NCBI RefSeq assembly: GCF_004010195.1
Contig: NC_057719.1
Span: forward strand, 75,470,866 to 75,534,865
Origin: Chiloscyllium plagiosum
Taxonomy: Eukaryota
Reading direction: 5' to 3'
Length of the DNA stretch: 64,000 bases
Below are positions 51,917-64,000 of the stretch, piece after piece. Position numbers and translations under genes: made by a program. The notes beneath the pieces were generated by a model that saw only the letters and a list, made by a program, of their open reading frames with translations, searched no databases and was not told where the DNA came from. Position 1 is the first letter of the stretch. Each line of letters starts with the position of its first letter.

Positions 51917-52189
51917 GCTTTTAACCCCACATTAGACAAATCTGTGTCTCTGTTTCATTGCTACCACAAAACCAGCGACCTTCAGTTGCTCTTCCTGCCA
52001 CCTGCAGCGTGGGGTGGTAACCCACAGTTCGGGAATCCTGAAACTTGCTTTCATACTCCATACCATAACTTATAAAGCCACCGACCCCAGATGTTTTTAT
52101 TACAAACTTCTCAACTTATCCTGACAACAGCAATGCTGAATGTTGTGCAGTTTCATCGAACTTAATAATTACATAAACCAAGGCTGTGG

Positions 52190-52515
52190 GAGGGCAATGG
52201 CCTCGAGGTGTTATTGCCAGATTATTAATCCTGAGACCCAGGTAATGTTTATGGGACCTGGGTTCAGATCCTGCCACAGCAGTTGTTGGAATTTGAATTT
52301 GATAAAAGTTTGGAATTAAGAGTCTAATGATGATTATGAAGCCACAGATGATTGTTGGGAAAACCCATCTTGTTCATTAATGTCCTTTAGGGAAGGAAAG
52401 TGTTGCCCTTACCTGGTTATAGCCTACACATAACCCTCGAGCAATGTGGTTGCCTCTTAACTTAGGGATGGGCAATAATGCTGGCCTAGTGCAAATCCCA
52501 TGAATGATTAAAAAT
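52190..52515 (+). mobile_element. MER131-like tRNA-SINE
   Basis: GGGTTCAGATCC B-box-like motif; AAAACCCATCTTGTTCATTAATGTCCTTTAGGGAAGGAAA core; family name from recall. Confidence 0.65.
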
Positions 52516-54030
52516 TAACTTTTCTCTTGGGGCAGGCTGATATTGCTTTGGGGCATCATTCTATCTGACAGACTTAGGAATACGCAGCACTGCCAATGTT
52601 GCTGGGTTCAAAACTGGGCAGAGTTAGGATGTTTGTGTAGCATTGGGTGGCTCCCCCCAGTTGAATTCTGATGTTTGCATTGGCAGCTGATGAAGACATA
52701 TTGAGGAAACCTCAATATTACTTGTTGTTGGTGGTTTCCCTTCAAGAGATTCAGAAGGACTGGCAAAAGCAGACTTTAATTTTGGAAGAAACAGGTGTCG
52801 GGGTCTCAGATTTCTCCTTCTGAAACTTGTAGGTGATCTGTCCAAGATGATTGGAGACAGCATTGGGAATAGCTTGCTCAAAGAATACCAATTCAAGTCT
52901 GACAACTCTGTGTGCAAATTAATAGGTGCCAATGTTGTGGCAGCTAATGCCTTTTACCAATGCTTTTACTTTATTTCATGCACTTATTGCTCAAATTACC
53001 CCAAGCGCTTGCGGAGTTGAATTGCCAACTAATCACAACCCTATGTACTTGTAGTGTTAATTGTTGTACCTGTTTTAAATTTGGTATTCTTGCATTTGTC
53101 CTGATCAGTGCAAGATGAAGACCTTCACTAACATGTCCCTCTTTTGAGCAAGTCTGCTATGTCTGTGACTGGTTACTATGTTGAATTACAACAGCTGTGA
53201 CATATCGAATGTTGTGAAACTTTATTAGAAAGCAAGATCATGAGCAATATTCCCTGTAATTTCCTGTTGCTGTGTGCGGCATGTTTGATGTGCAGCACAG
53301 TCCCTTTAAGATGTCATGAACCTGAGTATGTGCCCAGCTTAAAGGTACTGTTGCTCATGTGTCCATGCTCACCTCTACCACAATGAAGTCCATGGTTATG
53401 AACCATGAGTCTTAGAGGAAATACTGGTCGTGAAATTGAATTTTAAAACAGAAGTCTTCTGTTCACACATTCTGAAGAAATGGTCTTTGAAGGGTTTAAG
53501 AAATCAGCAAGGTAAATGCGATAGATTATTACCAGGGCACCTGGTACAAAACATCCCAAAGGAGGACAGTGCCCCCTTAACTGCATGTGCCTTGCTCAGT
53601 TAGACTAGGTTCCCATAGGACCAAAGAATAGCTTAGTGACGCTCAGTGCAACAAGAAGCATGTTGAAATTATATACCGTACGAGGGGAGGTAAGAGATTT
53701 GACTTTCATTGATTAAATCACTTGGAGCATGCGTTTGCTACCTGTGGTCCAGAGTGTAACACAGCCAGAACCATGTGGGCACTCAGGCCAGTCAACCAAG
53801 AATACTCGAGTTATTTTCTGTGCTTGATTTACGATACCATGTAGATGGGTTGCAGCTTTAGTGGAATTCATTGTGCAGCGGTCAGGCCTATTAGCATCAC
53901 TCCTTGTTTGTGGCCCAGTCCTTCACGTCCTGAAGTTGGGTGTGGAGCTGTGAGTGGTTTTGGGACATGTGTCAGAATGTAATGTAGCCATCAAAATACA
54001 TGCTACTGTCTTGGGACTGGATGCACCTTC

Positions 54031-54242
54031 TGAAATAACTCCCCAAAGGCCGGTATCACATCACCAAGGCAACCTTTATTTGCATGTGCACATTCAGAGA
54101 CAGCTCTCAGAATGAACAGAACCCTTCCACTCTTGTTTATATCTGTCAGCCAGAGCTCCCTGGTTGGACCACATTAATAGCCCCAATCAGGGAACTCATA
54201 TTCTATGAGTTCTACCTGCCTGACTTGGTTGCAAACATAACA
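54031..54242 (-). mobile_element. Solo LTR
   Basis: Reverse complement of the family at 17843 and 39291 (TGAAATAACTCC...CCAATCAGGGAACTCAT...ACA). Confidence 0.78.
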
Positions 54243-54419
54243 TCTTTATCAGCAAGAACAAAAACAGATAATGTTGATGCACAGTTAAGGACCAGAAGGT
54301 CCAATGCAAGAGTACACGAGTTAGAAACAAGAGTGAGCCGTTTGTTCCCTTCTGTCTGTGCTGCCTTTCAAAAAGATCAATGTTAACCTGGTTATGGCCT
54401 CAACTTCAATTTGCCTCCT

Positions 54420-54885
54420 TTTTAAACTGTCTCTCCCAATTCTAAATGCCTGCACCAAGAGAGACATCCTCTCAGCATTCATTCTGTCAAGTCCTCTCGG
54501 AATCTTAAACGTTTCAATAAGACGACTTCTAATTTTTTTTTCTAAATTCCAATAGGTACAGACCAAATCTGCTGCAAATCTCTTTTACACAGACAGATAG
54601 ACAGACAGACACATAGACCCCACATCCCTTTCAGAATTCTAATGCACTTACATAACCAAACCTCTGCACAGTACTCCAGATCCGATTTTACCAAGGTCCT
54701 GTACAACACCTCCCTAGTTTGATACTCAATTCCCCTTGCAGTAAACTCCAACATTCCATTAGCCTTCCTAATCACTTGCTGCACCAGCATACAAACTTTG
54801 TGTAGTTCCTGTATCAGGACACCCAGATCGCTGGGCATTGTGATATTCTGCAACCTTTCTCCATTGAAATAATATATTGTTTTTC
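54420..54885 (-). mobile_element. CR1 LINE fragment
   Basis: Reverse translation DLGVLIQELHKV..QQVIRKANGMLEFTARGIEY...LYRTLVKSDLEYC. Confidence 0.8.
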
Positions 54886-56519
54886 TTTAATTTATTGCTT
54901 TTATACGACTGTGCCTGGATGTAAACTAAAATGTAAGAGTAAGAGGAATAAGTTTTGCCCTGGATTTTAAGATGTGATGTCTGGGCCGAAAGGGAGGTCA
55001 AATCTCTGTACATACGAGGTGCAGTGAGTTCATGATAGTCTTTCAATGAACATCTCCGGTGCGATAAAACAAGAGAAGTTCCCTCGAGTTGTTAGAGTTG
55101 CTGCTGCATTTCTACCATCAGCAATTGAAATATGCCAAGGAGAGGAGGGTGGTGACCACACTGACACAAATCACTGTTGTCTGGGCTGACCTGAGCTCCT
55201 TATCACTGAATTACTATCGATCACGCTGTCATCAGGAGATTACTGTGTCCGCATCTAAAGACTAATTACAGCAAAGGACCTGTCCAGGTAGGAAGCACAA
55301 AGGCGCGGATAGAAAAAGGCACTGTGTTGATCTGATAAAGAGGAATGAGCAATTGCTGCTGGGTCAGTTACCATACAGTCTATAGCATTCATTAGACACA
55401 TGCCAAATGACACAGAGGACATCTTTTCCTTTAATGGGATAGTGGACGTGGAGCTGTTCCAACAGTGTAAATGAATAAACAATTCACCATCAGGTCAGTC
55501 CGGAAAAGTAAGCTTGTTGACTGAGAAATGCCCTTTAATGGGAAAAAAAAGGTGTGTAAAGTAATGAGACTGGGGAGAGGTGGAACACTGCGTGGGAGTA
55601 GACTGAACAACTCTAGGCTCCAGAAGACTGGAAAGGGCTGTAGGGTATTATATAGCTCACTGAAGCCAACAGCACAGTGTGCAGCAGCAACAAGAAGGCT
55701 TTAACAGATTGCTAGAAGGGTAGAGTGCAAATCCCAAAAGGCAATAATGATTCAGCTTGGCATAGTCATACTTGAAGTACTGTGTGCACTTCCTATCGCT
55801 GTACTATTCTAGAAAAGGCAGGCATTTAAGGCAGTGAAAACAAAGGCAAATGGATGAACACCTAGCTTAAAACACAACCTCTGAGAAGGTTAAGAGCCTG
55901 CAATTGTTTTGTACGATGAAGAGGAAGCTCAGGGGAAGTATTATTCTGTGATCCTTAAAAGTGTAAATAAAACTAAACCAGAGAAGTGTTCAAAATTGCT
56001 GCAATCTCTGGAACTAGGTCCCAACAGCACAAGCTGAGGAGAAGGAAGATTTAATCAGTTTGAGCCAAGGCTGGTAGGGAAAGGGATGTCTGGGGGGCAC
56101 ATAGTGTGGAAAACTCTTAAAGAGAAGCTGATAGTTATTTGAGCATGCGACCAATTGACTGATATTAGCTTCTGCACATAGGACAGTCTTAATAGTCCCT
56201 GTACTTCTCTACATTCCTAACTGTTATATTATTATGATAACAGTGGTTTTGTGCTGTACTACCTGAATAACTACAATAATCATTTCTGCCAATATTTGTT
56301 AAGTATTTTCAACATCCAGAAACACCTTGTTAGGACAGCCATCTGGTCTTTGAAATAAAAGTGACTTCCATCTTATCTTGGGCAACCTCTAGAGATAGTA
56401 AGAAAGGGTTGAGGAGGGGAAATGTTCAGAAATGAAAACCCTCAAAGAAATCGGCCCAGGTGAACTGAACACTCCAGGTGGCAGAGGGAGAAAGTCATTA
56501 AAGACCTTTGACAGCAAAT

Positions 56520-56850
56520 GGGAAGGTGATGTCCTAGTGGTATTATCCCAAGCTTATTGAACCTGGGAACCCAGGTAATGTTCTTGGGACCCAGCTTCAA
56601 ATCCTGACATGGAAGATGCTGGAATTTGAATTGAATAAAGAATCTGGGATTAAGAGACTACTGATGACCATGAAACTGTTGTTGGGAAAAAACCCATCTG
56701 GCTAACTCATGTCCTTCAGAGAACGAAATCTGCCACCCTTACCTGGCTGCATCTGACTCCACATCCATAGCAATGTGGTTGACTCTCAACTGCTCTCCAA
56801 ACAAATTAGGGACAGGCAATAAATACTGTTCCATGAGTGGATTTGAAAAA
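56520..56850 (+). mobile_element. MER131-like tRNA-SINE
   Basis: Colinear with 52190-52515. Confidence 0.65.
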
Positions 56851-57419
56851 ATACTGCAAAATGCATGTGTGGCTGAAGCAGGTTACAGAGATGGAAAGGG
56901 ATTGTAAAATAGGATTTAAAATTTAATTTAGGATTCTCCTAAATGATTAACATTCCAGTCGAAGCATTTGAAAAATCGGACAAAACAGAAACAAACTGGG
57001 AACAAAGTCGCTTAAATGTACGGAGACGAGAAAATTCCAGAATCGAAGATGCAGCTGGAAAATTATGCTGTTTCTAGAGATCATTAGGTCTGGTGCCAAT
57101 TAACTTGACCTAAGTGCTCAATTTGCTCTGACCACAAGATCCTTAAGCCACTTCTGTGCAACCGTTTAATGCCATATGGCTGTCTTCTGCACCTCCTAGT
57201 CTTCCGATTGGGAAATGACTTCTGAGCTTACAGATTTTAAGAATCAATACAATTTCAAACGCTTTTCAGCAGTTGTGAAGGCTCTTTTCAAAACCGTGAC
57301 ATTTGCGGGATTGCCGTGACCTCACTCCCTATTTTCGCATGCAAATCCGCTCATGAAAGAACTTGATTCCAGAAAAATTAATCAACGCAGCTTCCTGCTG
57401 CTTTCACATTACTTCCCAT

Positions 57420-57708
57420 TAGATTCTCTACAGTGTAGAAACAGGCTATTTGGCCAACAAGTTCACACTGACCCTCCAAAGAGTAGCTCACCCAGACCCA
57501 TTTCCTCTCTGACTAATGCACCTGACACTATGGGAAATTTAGCATGGCCAATTCACCTAATCTGCACACCTTTGGACTGTGGGAGGAAACCCACACAGAC
57601 ATGGGGACAATGTGCAAACTCCACACAGACTGTCAGCCAAGGATGGAATCAAAGCTGGGTCCCTGGCGCTGTGAGGCAGCAGTGCTAACCACTGAGCCAC
57701 TGTGCCGC
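57420..57708 (-). mobile_element. HE1/V-SINE
   Basis: Tail, V core and head GGCGCTGTGAGGCAGCAGTGCTAACCACTGAGCCAC. Confidence 0.87.
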
Positions 57709-58442
57709 CATTGTCTGGGAAATTCTCTGATAACGTATTGCTACCTTCAAGGATTTTGTTTCATCCCCAAGGATCCCTGAGATGATTTAATGGTCAGATT
57801 CCCTCTTTCCCTCTGGATCATGGCCTTAGAGGAATCTAGGGATGTGGAATAGAGTGGAAGCTAAAGGATAGAAAATTGATAGTTAAAATTTCTCAGTTTG
57901 AAATGTGAATCTTGGTGAGTTTTTTTTTAATAAAGTGCAATAAATCAATACATGGTTCTGCACTGTGCTAAGTCACGTTAATCTAAATCTCTGTGTGCAT
58001 GCTTGATTTGCCCAATTTTAAAGCACTGAAAGCCTAAAAATAGATTGTTTCGTGAGTTGGGGATTAACAGATCCTCATTGAATGGCAGAACAGTTTCGAT
58101 GAGCTGAATGGCCTGCTTCTGCTCCTGTGTCTTATGGTCTTATGGCCAGTCATCAACAAGAGGGAGAAAACACGGCTCTTTACGTAGTTGTAAAATGTTG
58201 TCTCCAGCTGTCAATGCCAGCCAGTCCGTCAGTGAGGTACTGGATAAATGCCTGCATGGTGTGGACTGAATCATAACATCAGCCATTACAGGCTCCACTC
58301 CAGTTTGTGCTGCATTACTTGAGTCTCAACCTTCCAATAGTTGAGACTTGACAGCGGGCCTCAGATTTTCTTAGGATCTTTGTTTCCTTCCTATAATTAA
58401 AGCAAAATGGTTCAGATTTGAAATGAAAACAAAAGAGGTTAT

Positions 58443-58735
58443 TGAATCCCTACAGTGTGGAACCAGGCCCCTCGGCCTAACAAGTCCATACCAACCCTCC
58501 AAAGAGTAACCCAGCTAGACCCATTCCTCTCAGTAACCCACACATCTCTGAACACTATGGGCAATTTAGCATGGCTAATTCACCTGACCTACACATCTTT
58601 GGATTGTGGAAGGAACCCCACGCAGACACAGGGAGAATGTACAAACTCCACAAAGACAGTCGCCCAAGGCTGGAAGCAGACCCTGGACCCTGGTGCTGTG
58701 AGGCAGCAGTGCTCTCCACCGAGCCATTTTGCTAC
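58443..58735 (-). mobile_element. HE1/V-SINE
   Basis: Same tail, core and head as 24877-25222. Confidence 0.85.
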
Positions 58736-59344
58736 CCTGAGGTTGGAAGAACACAGGAGGTCTAGCAGCTTCTGTGGGGAGAGAAACAGGAGTTAACATT
58801 TCGAGTTCATGACTCTCCAAGTTCTGAAGAGGATTCATTGGACATGAAACGTTAATAAAGATCCTACTCCATATTTCAGCATTGTAACACTTGGTGAGAT
58901 GTGTACATTGGGATACCAGGGAGAATTAGGTCAGGTTTAAGTTTATCTGAGGTGTCCTGTATTGTTGGCCATTTTGCCTAGGTGTAATTAGATAGCTGCT
59001 TGGGGAAGTAACACAGTCAGATGAGCAGGGAAGGATTTAACACAAAAGAGCTGCTGCTGACTAGGTTAAACTGCGTTGGTACTGCCTTTACTGGGCTGTT
59101 GTCTTCTCTGCTCAAAGTTAGCCTTGGCTGGAAATAGTTAAGCAGGAACATATTACTGTGCTGAAGAAAAGCTGTCATCATATTCTCTTCCAATAAACCA
59201 AACATTGCCCCAGCACTCCGAGTCTCACTCAAAGCAAGAGCAATTGGAAGATAATTTTGCACACCCTCGCAACTCTCAGATTTAAGGAGTTGAAACATGT
59301 CTCATGATGCTTCACAGGGTTGGCAGAGGTTAGATGAGATTGGA

Positions 59345-60290
59345 ATGGTTTTTTATTATTTGTTTGTTGATTTTGGGCAATGCTGGCCATTGTTACCCTT
59401 GAAAAGGTGGTAGTGACCTACCATCTAGAACATCTGCAGTTATGGGGCGTAGTGATATCAACAATACTGTAAGGATAACATCCCAGGATTTGGACTTGTT
59501 GCCAGTGACAGGCTGATAATATAGTTCCAAGTCAGGATGATGCCTGATTTTGAGGGGAATTTGCAGGTTGTGGTGTTCCTATGCATCTCCTGACCTTGTC
59601 ATTTTAGCCATTAGAGGTGTTGGGTTTGAAAGGTGTGATTGAAAGGGTTTTGTGAATTGCTGTAGAGCATCTTGTAAATGTTAGATGTCAGATACCAATT
59701 GAGTGAGGTTTTTTGAACTAGATGATGTTGAGCTTCTTGAGTGTTGTTGGAGTTGCAACCATCCAGGTAAATGGAGGAACATTCCATCACACTGTTGTTC
59801 TTTGCCTTATAGGTAGTGGTAGGCTCCAACAAAACTTGAGAAGCTTGATACCATCCAGGACAAAGCAGACCTCTTGATTGGCACCACATTCATAAGCATC
59901 AACTCCCTCCAGCACTGATGCTCAGTAGCTGCAGTGTGTATTATCTAGCAGATGCTTTGCATAAATTAGCACCTTCCAAAGCCATGACCATTCCCATCTA
60001 CAAGGACAAGGACAGCAGATACATGGGAACACCACCACTTGAGATTTCTCTTTGAAGCCACTTACTATCCTGACTTGGAAAGATATCGCCTTTCCTTCAC
60101 TGTCAAAATCCTGGAATTCCACCCCCCCCGACCCCACCCCTAAGGGCACTGTGGATCAACCTACAGCACATGTGGAGTGCAGCAGTTCAAGAAGGCAGCT
60201 CACTACCACCTTCTCAAGGGCAACTAGGAACGAGCGATGAATGCGGTTGAACAAGCAACACCCATGTCCCACAAGTAAGTAAAAATATAA
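59345..60290. mobile_element. Two head-to-head 3' fragments of the same CR1/L2-group LINE (59345-59820 minus; 59822-60290 plus)
   Basis: CCCTTGAAAAGGTGGTAGTGA pairs with TCACTACCACCTTCTCAAGGG, and GCTTCTTGAGTGTTGTTGGAG pairs with CTCCAACAAAACTTGAGAAGC. Confidence 0.75.
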
Positions 60291-61374
60291 AAGAAAATTG
60301 CTTGAGTGCTGAAATAGTTCTATGAGGCCAATCAGTTTCTTCACTTACCAACTACTTTTTAAAAAATCTATTTCATGCTCATCAGTTTAGCTGTATTCCA
60401 ATTGCCTCACTGTATTTCCCATTAGCCTAATTACTTCCCAGAATAGCTTCGGTTTGAGATGAGGTATTTAGGCTGCTGAGAGCAAATGGTTACACGCGAT
60501 AACTGATTGGTGGGAATTTCAGCTCTTAATCAGGTTTTAAACTGTTATTCCAAAACCAAAAGTATCTTTTTGAAGGGCATTACTTGATGCCCTATCCTTT
60601 TGTTACCTCTCGTCCATAATTTGTGTTGACAACCTTTTAATTATTGTAATACCCTGTTCTGTCTGGGGAACCCAGAACTGCAAAGGTAGTTCACCAAGGT
60701 AAATTGGATTTGTTTTGGATACTTGTAATGCTTCTTGTGCTTTGAGGGCTTGTTTCCTTTCAGTTGGTGATGAGAGAATGAGATGCCTTTAATGTCATAA
60801 AACCCTTTCCTCCCAAACGTCCTCTTCTCACCCTTCACCCCATCAATCAAGGCCTATTCAGAGCTTTCCAGGAAAGAAAACATTAAGCTGGGGTAAGAGT
60901 TGAGGACTTGAGTTTTGATCCTTAAGGTGGTGGGTTTGCATCATTTTCATGTTCCAATTTGTTTGCAATAAGTTTTCAGTCAAACGAGTGCATCAGATCA
61001 GTCACAGAGGCATTACGTCAGGAAATGGGGGAATGGAGGGGGGAAGGTAGTATCTGATCTCAAACAGATACCTGGTTACATTTTCCACCCTGGAAAATGA
61101 TGAAACATTGACACCAGTCATGGAGAAAAGCTATTGTGAAGCAGTATTGATGACATTCTTGCTGTTGTCTGACTGGGACTGGATGCAGCCACCTACGAGC
61201 TATAACTGACTGCCTAACCATGCCAGATACCCTGCAGTTCATCACAACTGCAAATGATGCTCATAACTTCAGATTCCACTCCAGCTGGCGATCAGGGAGA
61301 ATGGCAGCCTTTGGCTTGATTTCCAGTGGATATTAAGAGAGATCTTACAGGGAGTAGTAAAGGGAGGCTACGGG

Positions 61375-61752
61375 CCAAGCAGTATTATCACTGGACTGTT
61401 AATCTGGATACCTGCGTTCTGGGGACTGAGATTCAAAATCCACCAAGGCAGATGGTGGAATTTGCATTCAATGAAAATCTGAATTCAGTTAAAAGAAAAT
61501 ATAAGATCCTAATGATGGTAATGAAACCATTGTCAACTTTTCAGGAAAACCCCAGCTCGTTCACTAAAGTCCTTTAGCAAAGGTAATCTACCATCCTTAA
61601 CTGGCCTGCATGTGACTCCAGACCCACAGCAATGTGGTCGACTCTCAATTATCCTCTGAAATGAATACAGGAAGTCATTCAGTTTAGGGGCAATTTTGGA
61701 CGGGCAGAAAATGCTGACCTCGCCAGTCATGGCCACATCCAATGAAGGAAAA
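61375..61752 (+). mobile_element. MER131-like tRNA-SINE
   Basis: Colinear with 52190-52515 and 56520-56850. Confidence 0.65.
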
Positions 61753-63085
61753 CAAAATCCCTATCCTGCTGGGAGCATTTAAGACCAAAAACAGATTTGG
61801 TTTGACAGCGAATGAAACAGGGTGGAGTCATAGAGTCATGAAAATGTACAGCTCAGAAAAAGGCCCTTTGGCCCATTGTATCTGTGCCAGTCAAAAACAA
61901 CTATCTAACCCATCTAATCCCTTGAGGTATTGAGATTAAATTAGGAAGCTACAAATAATGAGTTAGTAATAAGATTATGATTTTACTAAAGACATGCACA
62001 TGTAAATTTTCACTGGGACTGGAACTGAGGGATGTTGGAAGGAAAGTGTCAATTGTTGTGTTATACTGTATTTAGGGAATTGGTTGACTTTAATTCTGCA
62101 ACATTTCCCATTTAGACTGAGTACGACTAACTGAACCAATGTTTGTTTGCAAAAACCTCGTTGGTTTATGGCTAGAATCACAGTGTCGTAGAGTGTCTGA
62201 TCAGAGCGTGTTGCCTTCCTAAGAACTAGGATATAATGTGGTGTCACATGGTGCATAGTAAGAGATCTTTGTATAGTGGTATACACAATCCTTAAATAGA
62301 GGATTCTGTTCTAGTGGTCTGAGGATTCTGTTCAGTACCTGTGATTTATTAATATTTACCTAGATATTAAATGGTTAATGTTCACTTCAGACACAGGGAA
62401 TGTACGGTTCATTTCTGGGATTGGCACTAAATCAGAGTGGAAAATTCACGTAATACATTGTTATGAGTATCCCTGTTTTAATATAACAACATTTCTGATA
62501 ACTTCATGTATGCATGCAAAGAGCCATTTGACTGTATACCTTGAATTTGCAGTTCTGTTGTGCAGGGACCCGATGTCAGTTATTTCAGTAAGAGATTTCA
62601 GAATAATTGGTTAATGCAGAGAGCAGAACTCATGTTCAAAGAAGCTGAAATAAGTGCATGACTTGGAAACCAGAGAGTGTTTACTCTAATGCTTTCTCTT
62701 CTAATTATTTACACGGAACTGTAGCTGATTGAATGAAGATATCGACCCGAATCCACTACTATAAGAGCAAATTGTGTGGAACCAATTCATTATTCCCATT
62801 TGATAATTAGTCCCATTTGAATTTAAAACAATACTTGCATTAGCTAATAGGACATTACAACTCTACACACAATTCTGAGAATGACAGAAACCACATTTAC
62901 AAATGTATTCTGTTGAAAGGTTTGCATAGCATGCTCTTATTAAGAATAGAAAATCAAGAATTTGGTAATGTGATTCAAACGATTGCTTTAATTAATTTTA
63001 TTTTCACAATGAATAGGAATGTTGATTTTTTTTTTGAGTTCCCATAAGAAGTACATAATTCAGTTGAAACTGATCACAAAGTTTG

Positions 63086-63371
63086 GGGTGGCACAGTGGT
63101 TAGCACTGTTGCCTCACAGTGCCAGGGACTTGGGTTCAGTTCCAGCCTCAGGTGACTTTCTGTGTGGAGTTTGTACATTCTCTGCATGTCTGCGTGGGTT
63201 TCCTCCCACAGTCCAAAGATGTGCAGGTCAGGTAAATTGGCTATGCTACATTGCTCATAGTGTTAGCTGCATCATTCAGAGGGAAATGGGTCTGGGTGGG
63301 TTACATTTCAGAGGGTTGGTGTGGACTTGTTGGGCCGAAGGGCCTATTTCCACACTTTAGGGAATCTAATC
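63086..63371 (+). mobile_element. HE1/V-SINE, near full length
   Basis: GTGGCACAGTGGTTAGCACTGTTGCCTCACAG...GGGTTCAGTTCC head; TGGGCCGAAGGGCCTATTTCCACAC tail. Confidence 0.88.
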
Positions 63372-64000
63372 ATACTTTAATGATGAACAATTTCTGTAGC
63401 ACTTTATCTCATTATCACATCTCACTTGGGATAGTGTGCTGGAAATTAATCCCTCCTATCCCCCAAATCACTATCAAAGTTAAAGATTTTAAACTAAGCT
63501 CACAAAATTCCCCAATTTGCTTGATTTTCAGACCTAGGATGATAGCACAGACCAGGTTTCTATATTTAATAAGAGTTGCTATTTATTACAAAAAATTAGA
63601 CTCAGGCTGCAGGTAAACAGTAACATAACACCACAAATTACAACTCTGATCTTCTGACAAACACCTCTTTGCACACAGACAGGAAAACAACAGGGAGAAA
63701 TAGGATATTGTTGGATAAAGGACTGGAAAGCAGTTCAGTGGGTCCTAACATGGGTTGCTGAGCTGATCCATATGATTTCTATCCTGGCCAGAATGTTGTT
63801 TTTCAATCATCCTTCTCCAGATGCATCAACTGGTTTGCAAGAGACACAAGGGGTTTGGTTTGCTTATAAAAGGTCTCTGACTTATCAGTGAAAATTCACA
63901 CTTTACAACAGCTGTTGAGGGGCAGGTTAACTGGGCTTCTTTAATTAAGAAGTCCCAATCTTTACACTCATTCAAATATCTCAAATTATTGCATGCACCG

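Larger units (their letters stand above)
10612..64000 (+). other. SLC8A3: Very long intron after the giant exon, extending beyond the window
   Basis: GTAAGT donor at 10612; repeat-rich; no NCX exon A/B-like peptide (KTI..K..D.EEYE) seen by eye. Confidence 0.75.

Overview
Eukaryotic DNA. The repeat content (HE1/V-SINEs, HER1/CR1 LINEs, Penelope-like ends) points to a shark or other cartilaginous fish. The window holds the 5' end of a Na+/Ca2+ exchanger gene, best matching SLC8A3/NCX3, on the + strand. A 35-bp satellite (1-3832) is followed by a CpG-rich putative promoter with candidate non-coding exons (~3.9-8.5 kb), then the giant first coding exon (8770-10611, ATG at 8846, phase-2 donor) and >53 kb of intron. 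I could not find the next (A/B) exon. The intron is packed with SINEs, CR1-type LINE fragments, solo LTRs, a deleted ERV-like relic, a fold-back MITE and minisatellites. It also carries several Penelope-like families whose ends have minimal hammerhead-ribozyme cores. Most interesting: the hammerhead-bearing Penelope ends (one copy with a 14-bp TSD and 33-bp inversion), a 14x51-bp amplification of the SINE core, the circRNA-prone exon, a sharp GC3 step inside the exon, and the fold-back element. All calls are by eye; repeat family names are from recall and need confirmation. No wholly new protein-coding system is evident.
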